A stretch of 64,000 nt of DNA from an uncultured Microthrixaceae bacterium (lineage in GTDB: Bacteria > Actinomycetota > Acidimicrobiia > Acidimicrobiales > DATDAH01): assembly GCA_963728005.1 (NCBI GenBank), contig CAVSIG010000005.1:57716-121715 (forward strand), in the 5' to 3' direction. Below the pieces are notes generated by a model. That model saw only the letters and a list, made by a program, of their open reading frames with translations. It made no database searches and was not told the origin of the DNA. The stretch's first letter is position 1. Each line of letters begins with the position of its first letter. Positions 50,242 to 62,368 of the stretch are shown in pieces. Position numbers and translations under genes: made by a program.

Positions 50242-50922
50242 GTGATCCGGGTGGTCATCGCCGACGACCAGGCGCTGGTGCGGGCCGGCCTCCGGGTCCT
50301 GATCGACGCCGAGGACGGCATCGAGGTCGTCGCCGAGGCGAACGACGGCGAGCAGGCCGTCGCCCGGGTCACCGAGACCCGCCCCGACGTCGTCCTCATG
50401 GACATCCGCATGCCCCACCTGGACGGGCTGGCCGCCACCCGACAGATCGTGGCCGACCCGGAGCTGGACGGGGTGCGGGTGCTGATCCTGACCACGTTCG
50501 AGCTGGACGAGTACGTGTTCGAGGCGCTGCGCTCCGGGGCGAGCGGCTTCCTGGTCAAGGACACCGAGCCGGTCGAGCTGCTGCGGGCCATCCGGGTCGT
50601 CGCCGAGGGCGAGGCCCTCCTGTCGCCCGGCGTGACCCGCCGCCTCATCGGGGAGTTCGTGGCCCAGCCGCAGGGTCGCACGTTCACCGCCGACGCCCTC
50701 GACCCGCTGACCGACCGCGAGCGCGAGGTCGTGGCCCTGGTGGCCGCCGGCCTCAGCAACGAGGAGATCGCCGCCGAGCTGTACATCAGCCCGGCGACGG
50801 CCCGGACCCACGTCAGCCGGGCGATGGTGAAGCTCCACGCCCGCGACCGTGCCCAGCTCGTCGTGCTGGCGTACGAGTCGGGGCTCGTCGCACCCGGCCA
50901 GGGACGTCACCAGCCCTTGTGA
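50242..50922 (+). CDS. NarL/LuxR family response regulator
   Basis: ADDQ, DVVLMDIRMP, LTTF, GFLVKD, LTDREREV...GLSNEEIA. Confidence 0.95.
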   Translation: MIRVVIADDQALVRAGLRVLIDAEDGIEVVAEANDGEQAVARVTETRPDVVLMDIRMPHLDGLAATRQIVADPELDGVRVLILTTFELDEYVFEALRSGASGFLVKDTEPVELLRAIRVVAEGEALLSPGVTRRLIGEFVAQPQGRTFTADALDPLTDREREVVALVAAGLSNEEIAAELYISPATARTHVSRAMVKLHARDRAQLVVLAYESGLVAPGQGRHQPL

Positions 50923-50930
50923 CATCCGGC

Positions 50931-50948
50931 CTACGCCTCGTGACGTAG
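50931..50948. promoter_or_regulatory. Candidate response-regulator site upstream of the ABC exporter
   Basis: CTACG-N8-CGTAG inverted repeat. Confidence 0.55.
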
Positions 50949-51027
50949 TCCCTACGGCCGACGGCGCACCCCGAAGTCACGTCCCCCGGCCGACGACGGC
51001 GACGTCCGCGTTCCGGAAGATGGCGTC

Positions 51028-51794
51028 ATGACCAACGCCACCCTCATCCCCCCGACGCGTACGGCCACCGGGGTGGCCGCCCGCACCGTCCACGCCAGCA
51101 AGGTCTACGGCTCCGGGCTCCACGGCGGTCACCGCCTTGGACGACGTGAGCGTCGACCTGCCCTCCGGTCGCTTCACGGCGATCATGGGCCCCTCCGGCT
51201 CGGGCAAGTCGACCCTGCTCCACGTCCTCGCCGGCCTCGACACGCTCACCAGCGGTCAGGTCTTCGTGGGCGACACGGACCTGTCGACCCTCAACGACCG
51301 CAAGCTCACCGAGCTGCGACGCGACCGCCTCGGCTTCGTGTTCCAGGCGTTCAACCTGGTGCCGACGCTGACGGCGGAGGAGAACATGACCCTGCCGTCG
51401 TCGCTCGGCGGCACGGACGTCGATCCGGCCTGGTTCGACGAGGTCGTCCGCACGGTCGGCCTGCAGGACCGGCTCGAGCACCGTCCGTCCGAGCTGTCGG
51501 GCGGCCAGCAGCAGCGGGTCGCCGTGGCCCGGGCCCTGGTCAACCGTCCCGACGTGGTCATGGCCGACGAGCCCACCGGGAACCTCGACTCGCGCAGCGG
51601 GACCGAGATCCTGGAGTTCCTCCGCCGTGCGGTGAAGGAGCTGGGCCAGACCGTCGTCATGGTCACCCACGATCCCGATGGCCGCCGGCTACGCCGACCA
51701 CGTCCTGTTCCTGGCCGACGGCCGCATCGTCGACCGCATCGACGATCCCACCCCCGAGTCGGTCCTGGACCGCCTCAAGTCCCTCGGGAGCTAA
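51028..51794 (+). CDS. ABC transporter ATP-binding protein (LolD/MacB-like; frameshifted)
   Basis: GPSGSGKS, LSGGQQQRVA, ADEPTGNLD, VTHDP. Confidence 0.9.
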
Positions 51795-51797
51795 GCC

Positions 51798-54346
51798 ATG
51801 TTGAAGCTCACCCTGCGAAACCTGGCGGCGCACAAGCGCCGGCTGATCGGCACGTCGTTGGCGGTCTGCCTCGGCGTGGCCTTCCTGGCCGGGACCTTCG
51901 TGCTCGGCGACACGATGGCGGCGAACTTCGACCGCCTGTTCACCTCGTCGATCGGCCAGACCGACGCCGTGGTCCGCAACGCCAACCAGGTCGGTGGCGA
52001 CGTGGAGACGGCTCAGGCCCTCGTCCCCCCGGACGTCATCGACCGGATCGACGACGTCGACGGGGTGGCGGACTCGGCCGTTCAGATCGACGGACTCGGC
52101 CAGCTCAACGACAGCGACGGCGAGAAGCTCGGCGGCTTCGGCCCGCCGACCATCGCCGCCGCCTGGATCGACGGATTCGCTCAACACGTGGCGACCTGGC
52201 CGAGGGCCGCGCGCCCGAGGGGCTGAACGAGGTCGTCATCAACCGGGGAGCGGCCGAGGACGGCAACCTGCACGTCGGCGACCGCACCACTGTCGAGACG
52301 CCGAACCCCGGTGGAGGTCGAGATCGTCGGCATCGCCACCATCGGCGGTGAGGACGGCCTCGGGCCCTCCACCTACACGGCGTTCAGCCTCGAGGGCGCC
52401 CAGGAGCACATCCTGAACGGGCGCAGCGGGGCGACCAGCGTGCTGGTCGAGGCCGACGACGGCGTGTCCGCCACCGAGTTGCGGGACAACCTCGACGAGG
52501 CCTTCGGCGACGACGTCGAGGTCCTGACCGGCCAGGAGCTGGTCGACGAGAACAACGACGAGATCAACAGCGACTTCCTGGGCTTCCTGCGAACGTTCCT
52601 CGGCGTGTTCGGCGGGATCGCCCTGCTCGTCGCCGCCTTCAGCATCAACAACACCTTCTCGATCATCATCGCCCAGCGGAAGCGGGACTCCGCCCTGCTG
52701 CGGGCCGTCGGCGCATCGCGTCGACAGGTGCTCGGCTCCATGGTGCTGGAGACCCTGATGGTCGGGGTGATCGCCTCCCTGCTCGGCGTCGTCGCCGGCG
52801 TGGGCATCGCCGTCGGCTTGAAGGCCATGTTCTCGGCGTTCGGGTTCGCCCTGCCCGCCGGTGGCCTGACCCTGACGGCCTCGTCGCTGATCATCGCCCC
52901 CGCCGTGGGCCTGCTGATCACGCTCGTCGCCGGCATCGGGCCGTCGCATCCGGGGCAGCCGGGTTCCGCCCCTGGCCGCGCTGCGGGACGTCGCCGTCGA
53001 CCGGGCCGATGCTTCCCGGCCCCGCCTGGCGATCGGCAGCGTGCTGACCCTGCTCGGGGCCTACGTGGTCATCGACTCGGCCCTGACCGGTGGCGGCGGT
53101 GTGCCGCGAGCCGGGCTCGGTGCCCTCCTGGTCGTTGCTGGTGCGGTGACGCTCGGCCCGGTCGTGGCCAAGCCGATCAGCTCCGTGCTCGGCCGTCCGG
53201 TGGCCAAGACCCGGGGCATCCCGGGCTCGTTGGCCCGACGCAACGCCATGCGCAACCCGCGCCGGACGTCGGCGACCGCCGCCGCCCTGCTGGTCGGCGT
53301 CGGCGTGGTGGCGCTGTTCACGGTGTTCGCCGCCTCGCTGAAGGCGTCCATCGACGACAGCGTCTCGGAGAGCTTCGGCGGTGACCTCGTCATCCAGGCC
53401 AGCGGCTTCGGCGGCGGGGGCCTCAGCCCCGAGCTGACGACCGCGGTGGGCGAGATCCCCGAGGTCGAGCGCGGCCACGGGCATGTCCTACGGCGAGATC
53501 CAGCTCGCCGACAGTGACGGCCTGGCTGGGGTCACCGTGGCCGACCTGGCCGCCATGACCCAGGTGCTCGACGTCGACCCCGTCGACGGCGACCTGCCCG
53601 GGCTCGCCGGCTCGGAGATCGCCGTCAGCACCAAGTACGCCGAGGACCACGACCTGGCCGTCGGCGATCCGCTGAGCGCCCGGTTCCAGGACGGTGAGCA
53701 GGTCGACCTCACGGTCGCGGCCACCTACGACGACGCCGAGCTGGTCGGCGACCTCACGGTGCCCCAGGACCTCTGGGCCGAGCACTCCATCCAGCTCATC
53801 GACACCAACGTGCTGGTGTCGCTGGCGGACGGGGTGTCCACCTCCGAGGGCGAGCGGGCCGTGCAGGCCGTCGCCGACGACTTCGGCAAGCCCGAGGTCA
53901 TGGACCGCCAGGAGTACATCGACGCCGCCTCCGCCGGGGTCGACGGGATGCTGACGCTCATCTACGTGATGCTGGCGCTGGCCATCCTGATCGCCCTCAT
54001 GGGCATCGCCAACGCCCTGTCGCTGGCGATCCACGAGCGGACCCGCGAGCTCGGCCTCCTGCGGGCCGTCGGCACCACCCGGCGCCAGATGCGGTCGATG
54101 GTCCGCTGGGAGTCGGTCCTCGTGGCCACCCTGGGGGCGGTCGGCGGCATCGCCATCGGGACGTTCTTGGGCTGGGCGCTGGTCAAGGCGGCCGACGCCG
54201 ACGGCTTCATCAGCGTCTTCACCATCCCGGTGGGCTCGCTGGCGATCGTCCTCCTGGTCGGCGCCCTCGCCGGCGCACTGGCGGCGGTCCGCCCCGCCCG
54301 GCGGGCGGCGAAGCTCGACGTCCTCGAGGCCATCGCCGCCGGCTAG
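51798..54346 (+). CDS. FtsX-like ABC transporter permease (several frameshifts)
   Basis: Two FtsX repeats (NNTFSIIIAQR..ALLRAVGA; ANALSLAIHERTRELGLLRAVG) and NAMRNPRR. Confidence 0.9.
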
Positions 54347-54362
54347 TTCCCCCCAACCCGGC

Positions 54363-54404
54363 CTGGCCCCGGTCCTCCGCGCTCCCGCCGGAGGCCGGGG
54401 CCAG
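54363..54404. terminator. GC-rich hairpin between convergent genes
   Basis: CTGGCCCCGG-T-CCTCCG...CGGAGG-CCGGGGCCAG. Confidence 0.6.
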
Positions 54405-54449
54405 CCCGCGTGTACGCCGCCGCCGGCGAGCCAGCGGTCGCTGAGCTGC

Positions 54450-55019
54450 TCAGCGCGCCTCGAGGGCGGTGAGGTCCCGTTCGAAGAAGCGGTGATGCCA
54501 CCACTCCTCTTCGATCACGGTCCAGAGGCAGATCTTGAGGGGGTGAGGCTCGGCGGGGTGTGTCGCCTGGTCGGGTGGCACGCACTCTCGATCGAGGTCG
54601 GCATCGGTGAGGCCGGCGAGCAGCCCACGGACGCGCTGGACCCGGCTGGCGCGGACCTCGAGGACCGCAGCGAAGGACGGTTCGGCGTCCAGGTCGAGGC
54701 CGAGCGCGTCGAGGTCCTCCAGCTCGGTGAAGGGCTGGCCCCAGGGGTGGTAGGGCTGCGACTCGCCGAACACGAGGCGGGAGATCCAGATGTCGGTGGC
54801 GTAGACGAGGTGACGGAGGGTCCGGGTCAGCGACCACTCGCCGTCAACGGATTCGTGTCGCTTCGGCTCGGGCAGCGCCTTGGCGCGGGCGATCGTCTCG
54901 TCCCACTGCGCCTGGACCTGTTCGAACGCCTCGCGCAGTCCGGCGGCGTCGTCCACGAGCAGTTCCCGGAGCTCGGTGGGGAAGTCCTCGAGACCGACGT
55001 CGGGGTCCCACTCCTCCAT
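54450..55019 (-). CDS. DinB/YfiT-like (DinB_2) protein
   Basis: EWSLTRTLRHLVYATD, EEEWWHHRF.ERDL. Confidence 0.8.
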   Translation of the reverse strand: MEEWDPDVGLEDFPTELRELLVDDAAGLREAFEQVQAQWDETIARAKALPEPKRHESVDGEWSLTRTLRHLVYATDIWISRLVFGESQPYHPWGQPFTELEDLDALGLDLDAEPSFAAVLEVRASRVQRVRGLLAGLTDADLDRECVPPDQATHPAEPHPLKICLWTVIEEEWWHHRFFERDLTALEAR

Positions 55020-55021
55020 GG

Positions 55022-56233
55022 TCAGGCCGCCGCCAGCGCCCGTCCGGCGGTGCCCATGAGGTCGAGGAAGTTGTCGCAGTAGAAGGCCTGGCGCACGTCG
55101 TCGGGGACGTCGCCGAGGCTGGACTCGAAGCGCTCCAGGGGCTTGCGCCCGCCCTCGACGTGGGGGTAGTCGCTGGAGAACATGCAGATCTCCGGGCCGG
55201 TGTTGGCGACGATCCAGCCGACGTCTTCGGTGGGGTACGGCGTGCACCGCACCTGGCGGCGGACGTACTCGGTGGGGCGCAGGCTCAGGCCCTGGAGGCG
55301 CTCCTCGTGGCGGTGGAACGCGTCGTAGGCGGACTCCATCTGCCGCAGCCAGCTCGGCACCCAGATGGCGCCCTGCTCGATCACCCCGATGCGCAGGTCG
55401 GGGAAGCGCTCCAGCACGCCGTCGAAGATCATGGTGGCCAGCGTCTGCATGGGTGGGTGGGGGATCCCCATGTAGTCGACCGAGCGGAAGTTCTCCTCAC
55501 CGCCGTGGAAGTCGGGCGGGATGGGGAGCCCGTTCTGGAAGTAGCCGGGCTCGATCAGGTCGCCGGTGCCGCCGACGTGGAAGACGACGGGGATGCCCGC
55601 CTCCTGGGCCCGGGCCCACACGGGGTCGAGGCCGATGTGGCTGGGGGAGTGGCCGGGCGGGCAGCCGGAGGCGACCAGCAGGGCGGCGGCGCCCAGGTCG
55701 AGGGCCTCGTCGACCAGGCCGGGGGCGGCCTCGATGTCGAAGAGCGGCACGTAGCAGGAGGGCAGCAGGCGGTCGTCGACGGAGCAGAACTCGACCATGC
55801 CCCGGTTGTGGGCCCGGGCGGCGCCGACGGCCAGCTCGGCGTCGTCACCGTGCTCCCAGTTGCGCAGCCGCCGGTTGTGGAACGTGTTGAAGACCAGCTG
55901 GCTCTGGAACCCGAGGAGGTCCAGCGCCCGCGGCCGGTCCTCGGCCACGAACGAGCCGGTGGCGGCGAAGTTCTTGCGGGCCATGATCTGCTCGGCCTCG
56001 TCGGCCCGGTACTCGGGCGAAGCGTGCTTGTCGGCCAATCGGTCGAAGGCGGCGACCAGGTCCCTCAACTGCTCCTCGGGGTCGCCGGTCTGGCGCAGCT
56101 CGTTGCCGCTGCTCAGGTCCAGCGGAGCGATGCGGTCCCGCACCGATGGATCGGCGTGGTCGCGCAGCCACGTGGGCGTCTCCATGATGTGCGCATCGGC
56201 GTCGTGGATGATCCGACCCGACGCGTAGGGCAT
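55022..56233 (-). CDS. Amidohydrolase_2 family protein
   Basis: DADAHIME, VVFH, GVLERFPDLR..IE, FSSDYPHVEG. Confidence 0.9.
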   Translation of the reverse strand: MPYASGRIIHDADAHIMETPTWLRDHADPSVRDRIAPLDLSSGNELRQTGDPEEQLRDLVAAFDRLADKHASPEYRADEAEQIMARKNFAATGSFVAEDRPRALDLLGFQSQLVFNTFHNRRLRNWEHGDDAELAVGAARAHNRGMVEFCSVDDRLLPSCYVPLFDIEAAPGLVDEALDLGAAALLVASGCPPGHSPSHIGLDPVWARAQEAGIPVVFHVGGTGDLIEPGYFQNGLPIPPDFHGGEENFRSVDYMGIPHPPMQTLATMIFDGVLERFPDLRIGVIEQGAIWVPSWLRQMESAYDAFHRHEERLQGLSLRPTEYVRRQVRCTPYPTEDVGWIVANTGPEICMFSSDYPHVEGGRKPLERFESSLGDVPDDVRQAFYCDNFLDLMGTAGRALAAA

Positions 56234-57348
56234 CAGGCCACCCCGGCCGTCGCCGGCTCGCGGTCCCGCTCGAACGGGGAGGCGTCCAGCTCGGCCCGGC
56301 GGGCGTAGGCCCAGCCCGGACCCCGCGCCACGAACGAGATGCGGTCGCTCCAGTTGTCGCTGTCGGCCACGTCCCGGACGATGTCCCGGAACTCGTGGGA
56401 GGCGATGACCGCCGGGTTGTCCGAGTGGATGTTCTTGGTCAGCCCGTAGATGACGGGCTCGGCGTCGTCCTCCCGGGAGAACGTGCCGAACAGGCGGTCC
56501 CACACGATGAGGATCGAGCCGTGGTTCCGGTCGATGTACCGGATGTTGCTGCCGTGGTGGACCCGGTGGTGCGACGCCGTGTTCAGCGCCTCCTCGGCCT
56601 TGCCCAGCTTCGGGATCAGGTCGGTGTGGATCCAGAACTGGTACAGCAGGTTGATGCCCCGGGCCTGCTCGATCAGCGCGGGCCGGACGCCCGCCAGGCA
56701 GAGCACGCCGTACGGGACGTAGACGCCGAGCACGTCAGCCACCGGCTGGCGCAGGGCGGTCGACAGGTTGAAGCGCTCCGAGCTGTGGTGCGCGACGTGG
56801 TGCGCCCACAGCAGTCGGGACGTGTGCATCAACCGGTGGTTCCAGTAGTAGATGAAGTCCCAGGCCGCGATCGTGGCGATGGCGGCGACCGCACCCGTGC
56901 CGAGGTCCCGCGTGCGGCGGGGGCTGTTCCAGACCTTCTTCGGGCGGGTGGCGGTCAGCGTGGCGGTGGTCAGCGCCAGGGTGCCGGCGGCGAGGGCGGT
57001 GGGGCCGCCGTAGCGGGCGACCGCCTCTGCCTGCACGTGGCGCTCCCCCCGCGCCTTGCGGCGGCGGACGACGCGGTCGGCGACCGTCGTGGCGACCGCA
57101 GCGCCGGCCGCGAGGGCGATCAGCCCCTTGCCGATCTTCGACTTCTGCGGGGCGATGCGTTCGGCCAGGGGATAGGTGACCATCGGGACCAGCAAGCTGG
57201 CCGTTCCCATGGCGAGGTTTGCCAGGGTGTCGCCCTTCTCGTAGTCGGCGGCGGTAGGCCCGATGCGCTCGGCGCGGCGTTTCAGCAGCCACTGCTCGAG
57301 CCCCATCGAGGCGAAGTAGCCCGGTGTCGCCACCGCGGTCAGGTCCAC
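56233..57348 (-). CDS. Sterol desaturase / fatty acid hydroxylase family protein
   Basis: His boxes HRLMH, HVAHH, FWIH, HHRVHH and WDRLFGT. Confidence 0.88.
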   Translation of the reverse strand: MDLTAVATPGYFASMGLEQWLLKRRAERIGPTAADYEKGDTLANLAMGTASLLVPMVTYPLAERIAPQKSKIGKGLIALAAGAAVATTVADRVVRRRKARGERHVQAEAVARYGGPTALAAGTLALTTATLTATRPKKVWNSPRRTRDLGTGAVAAIATIAAWDFIYYWNHRLMHTSRLLWAHHVAHHSSERFNLSTALRQPVADVLGVYVPYGVLCLAGVRPALIEQARGINLLYQFWIHTDLIPKLGKAEEALNTASHHRVHHGSNIRYIDRNHGSILIVWDRLFGTFSREDDAEPVIYGLTKNIHSDNPAVIASHEFRDIVRDVADSDNWSDRISFVARGPGWAYARRAELDASPFERDREPATAGVA

Positions 57349-57422
57349 GCCAGAAGTGTCGCACGCCGGACTGCGACTGTGACCGGTCGGGTCGACGATG
57401 GTCGCCGACGCCCGCCTCCCGG

Positions 57423-58665
57423 TCAGGCGGGGACGATGCGCAGGAGCTGACCGGGCTGGGTGAGGACGTAGAGCTCGCCGGCGGCGTCCTCGCCGAAGGA
57501 GATCGGGGCGGTGATCGGATCGGGCAGGACCGTCGCCTCGTCGACGACCTCGCCGGCCTCCCGGTCGAAGGCCAGAGCCCGCAGCTCGCCCTGGCAGTAG
57601 TCGGCGAACAGGTAGGCGCCGAACAGGTCCTCCAGCTCCGAGCCGCGGTACACGTAGCCGCCGGTCACCGAGCACCCGCCCTCGTCGTGGCTGTAGGTGA
57701 AGACCGGCGGCGTGTGGTCCTCGGGCTCGACGCCGTCCTCGTAGGGCTGGTCGCCCTCCATCTCGTTCCAGCCGAGGTTGGCGCCCCTCCCGGCGTCGAC
57801 GCCGTCTTCGGCGGGGAGCCAGTCGACCTCCTCGATCGCGTTCTGGCCGACGTCGCCGATCCACAGGTCGCCGGTCGCCCGGTCGAAGGTGAACCGCCAG
57901 GGGTTGCGCACCCCCTTCAGCCACACCTCCGGCCGGGCGCCCTCCCGCCCGGCGTACGGGTTGGTGGCGGGTACCGCGTACGCGTTGCTGCCGCCGCCAC
58001 CGGGGTCGATGCGCAGGAGCGAGCCCAGGATCTGGCCCCGGTCCTGCCCGGCCAGGAGCGGGTCGCCCGCGCTCCCACCATCGCCGAGCCCGATGTAGAG
58101 GAAGCCGTCCGGGCCGAAGGTCACCTCGCCGCCGTTGTGGTTCGCGAACGGCTGGTCGTGGGCGAAGACCGTCCGCTTCGACGCGACCGTCGAATGAGCC
58201 GTCGGCGGCGACGGCGTACTCGTCGACCCGGGTGTCGCCATCGGTGTTCGTGGAGCTCACGTACACGTGCTCGCCGTCGGCGGTGACGGCCAGGCCCAGC
58301 AGCCCCCGCTCCGAGTCGGTCGTCGTCTGGTCAGAGATGTCGAGCACGACCTCCGACGAGCCGTCGGCCAGCGACAGGTCGAGGACCCGGCCGGCCCGCT
58401 CGCCCACGTAGACCCGGTCGGGTTCGCCCGGGCGCGTGGCCATCACCGTCGGCTCCGCCAGGTCGGCAACCGGTTCCAGCCCGACCTCGACGCCGTCGAC
58501 CGAGGTGACGTCCTCGCGCTCGACGACCGTCGGGGGCGTGGTCGTGGGCACGGTTAGGTCCTCGACGATCGGGGCGCGCGTGTCGCTGGGCAGCGCCTCG
58601 GGTTCGTCGCCGCACGCCACGGCCAGGAGGGACAAGGCCAGCACCCTGGCCACCAGCCGCCTCAT
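57423..58665 (-). CDS. PQQ-dependent sugar dehydrogenase (GSDH-like) lipoprotein (frameshift near 58190)
   Basis: LAVAC lipobox, ERGLLGLA, NHNGG...FGPDG.LYIG.GDGG, GVRNPWR, SFGED..GELY. Confidence 0.88.
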
Positions 58666-59539
58666 CGCACGGGCCGGATCAGGCCTTCCTGCACCACCGA
58701 CACGGCGAGGTCGCCGTCCTGCGTGTAGATGGAAGCCGCGGGCCATGCCCCGCCCGCCGGAGGTCGAGGGCGTGTCCTGCACGTACAGCAGCCACTCGTC
58801 GGCCCGGAACGGACGGTGGAACCACATGGCGTGGTCGAGGCTGGCCATCATGATCGACTCGTCGGCGCGCGCTCGGCCCCGTGGGGCAGCAGCGTCGTGT
58901 CGAGCAGGGTCATGTCCGAGGCGTAGGTCACCACGCACTGGTGGAGCACGGGGTCGTCGGGCAGCGCGCCCGTCGGCCCGTAGCCACACCCGCTGGTGCG
59001 GTGGCTGTGGATCGCGGCGTTGGTCCCACGACCAGTCCACGTTGCGGGTGTCGATGGGCCGGGGCCGGTCGAGGTAGGGGCCGAACCGCTCGGCGTAGGG
59101 CTGCCATCCGGGTCCGCCAGTCGGGCAGCGTCTCGGGCTCGGGCGGCAGCTGGCTGTCCCACATGGCGTCGGACAGCGGCAGCTGGTGGTCGAGGCCCTC
59201 CTCCCGGACGTGAAAGGACGCCTGCAGGTTGAAGATGGCCCGACCGTGCTGGATGGCGACCACACGACGGGTCGTGAAGGACCGTCCGTCGCGGATGCGG
59301 TCGACGTCGTAGAGGATCGGCACCGTGGGGTCGCCAGGGCGCAGGAAGTAGGCGTGCAGCGAGTGCACCGAGCGCTCGTCGTCGACCGTCCGGGCCGCGG
59401 CGACCAGCGCCTGGCCGGCCACCTGGCCCCCGAAGACCCGCTGACGGTCCTCGTCCGGGCTCCTGCCGCGGAAGATGTTCACCTCGATGGCCTCCAGGTC
59501 GAGCAGCTCGCAGAGCGCGTCGACCGCGGCCTGACTCAT
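58662..59539 (-). CDS. tesB: Acyl-CoA thioesterase II (several frameshifts)
   Basis: LLDLEAIEVNIFRG, RVFGGQV, HSLHAYFLRPGD, RDGRSF, YASD, ASLDHAMWFHRP. Confidence 0.88.
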
Positions 59540-59614
59540 CAACGCGGACCCTACCGGTGCCGATGGAGTGGGCGATGGCCGTGATCGACACACGCCCCAG
59601 CTACCATCGGCTTC

Positions 59615-60104
59615 ATGGCGAGGTCCCGCGCAGAGGTGCTCGCGCGCGTCCGCGAGGCTGACTACCGCAAGATGCTGAAGTACTCCGCGGTCTCGGCCAT
59701 CGCGTTCCCCTTCACCCAGGTCCTGCTCCTGCTGTTCACCGTCGGGTTCGAGTGGTCCTTCGTCACCGCCAACCTGGTGGCCGTCTCGATCATGGCGTTC
59801 CCCGCGTACCTCATGAACCGCTACTGGGTCTGGGGCAAGAAGGACAAGAACCGGATCACCACCGAGGTGCTGCCGTTCTGGATCATCACGCTGATCGGCC
59901 TCGCGCTGTCCACCATCTGCGCCCACTACGCCGACAAGTGGTTCCGACTCGCCGATCGCCGTCAACGTGGCCAACGCGGTCGGGTTCGGCATGGTCTGGG
60001 TCTTCAAGTTCCTGTTCCTGGACCGGATCATGTTCGGCGCCCACCAGCACTTCCCGGTGGACGAGGAGCTCGAGTCCGAGCTCGAGTCCGCGCCGGCGGT
60101 CTAG
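59615..60104 (+). CDS. GtrA-like membrane protein (frameshift near 59945)
   Basis: Four hydrophobic segments, ANLVA, YLMNRYWVW, VWVFKF..LDRIMF. Confidence 0.8.
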
Positions 60105-60741
<637 letters not shown>

Positions 60742-60742
<1 letters not shown>

Positions 60743-61273
60743 TGGCCGAGGCGATGGACTGGACCAAGGTGCTGGAGGAGCCGTGCCCGTTCTGCGGCAC
60801 GGCTCCCGCCGAGGTCGCCTCGGAGGCCCTGCCCGACGCCCTCCGGCCAGGAGGCGTCCCGCTGGGAGACCCTCCTGGTGAACGCCGACGACGTGGCGGT
60901 CCGCGCCCGCCCCGAGGACGGCAGCTGGACGGCGCTGGAATACGGCTGCCACTGCCGTGACCTCCTGTCGGTCATGACCGAACGGGTGGCCCGGGTGCTG
61001 GTCGAGGACGAGCCCGACTTCGGCTGGTGGGACCACGACGCCGCCGCCGTCGACGAGCACTACAACGAGCAGGACCCGACCGCGGTCGCCGGTGACCTGG
61101 CGGCCAACGCACAGTGGTTGGCGGGGACGCTGTCGCTGGTCGACGGCGACGAGTGGGACCGGGCCGGCACCCGGGGCGACGGCGCGCACCTGAGCGTCAC
61201 CGGCATCGGACGGTTCACCCTCCACGAACTGGCCCACCACCTGTCGGGACAGCCGGAGACCCGTCTCCGTTAG
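60742..61273 (+). CDS. DinB_2 family protein (frameshift near 60850)
   Basis: DWTKVLEEPCPFCG, WTALEYGCHCRD, HELAHH. Confidence 0.8.
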
Positions 61274-62368
61274 TCCAGCGAGGGCTCGTCTTCGTGGTCT
61301 CGTCGAGGGCGACCTCCGGCAGCGACGTCGTGGTCGGTGAACAACGAGGCCGCCGCTGAGGCACCCGGCCAGGGCGTCGGCGGCCAGGATCACCGCGGCG
61401 GCCGTGTAGGTCGAGCGCTCGTCGCCGGGGAAGTGGACCTGCTCGGGGTAGACGATGCCGGTCCAGTAGTAGCCCTCTTCGGAGCGGAGGGTCTGGGCCT
61501 GGCGGAACAGCTCGAGGGCGAAGTCCTCGGTCCGCCCGACGGCCAGGTAGGCCAGGAGGCACTCGCAGGTCTCGGCCGCGGTGATCCACGGGCGGTCGGA
61601 CACGCAGCGGATGCCGCGGCCCTCCAGGTAGAAGGTGTCGAGGCGGTCGTCGAGGTGGGCCCGGCCCTCGTCGCCGCCGATCACCCCGGCGAGCACCGGG
61701 TAGTACCAGTCCATCGCCCAGCGGTGCTTGGGGGCGAAGGCGTCGGGCTCGTGTGCGCAGGGTGTGGACGAGACGACCGAGCGACACCTCCCAGTCGGGG
61801 CGCTCGTGGCCCAGCTCGTCGGCGATGGCCAACGGCGCAGCGGAGGCTGTGGCGAGATGCTCGACGACCCGGTCAGCAGGGCGAAGGACCACGGTGTGCC
61901 GTCGGCGTGGCGGGCCCAGAGGATCTCGCCCCGCGGGGTCTGCAGGTCGAGGACGAAGTCGATGGCCCGCTCGACCATGCCCCAGGTGGCCTCGAGGAAG
62001 CCCCGGTCCTTGGTCAGCAGCCAGTGGTGCCAGACGCCGGTGGCCACGTAGGCGACGGTGTTGGCGTCGAGCTTCTCCTGCTCGACCCGGTCGGCCAGGT
62101 AGTACTGGTGCCAGGCGCCGTCGTCCCGCTGGGTGTCGACGCCAGCCAGTCGAAGGCCCGGTCGACCTCGTGGTGGCGGCCGCACACGTCCAGGGCCATG
62201 GTCGCCTCGACGTGGTTCCACACGTCGGCGTGGCCGCCGGGGAACCACGGGATCATCCCGGTCGGCAGCTGCCACTCGGCGATCGACTCGGCGGTCTCCG
62301 CGACCTGCGTCGGCGGTCAGGATGCCGGGGACCTCGGGCAGCCCGCGGGACTCAGGCGACACGGGCAT
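61270..62368 (-). CDS. Prenyltransferase/squalene-oxidase-repeat-like protein (frameshifted; ends approximate)
   Basis: IPWFPGGHADVWNHVE, YVATGVWHH, ALLTGSSS, WAMDWYYPVL, AAETCE, YWTG across frames. Confidence 0.75.

Noticed and set aside
56233-59265. 1010-aa ORF as a multidomain fusion
   Set aside because: An artefact of frameshifts joining parts of tesB, the GSDH N-terminus and the desaturase, each of which has its own start
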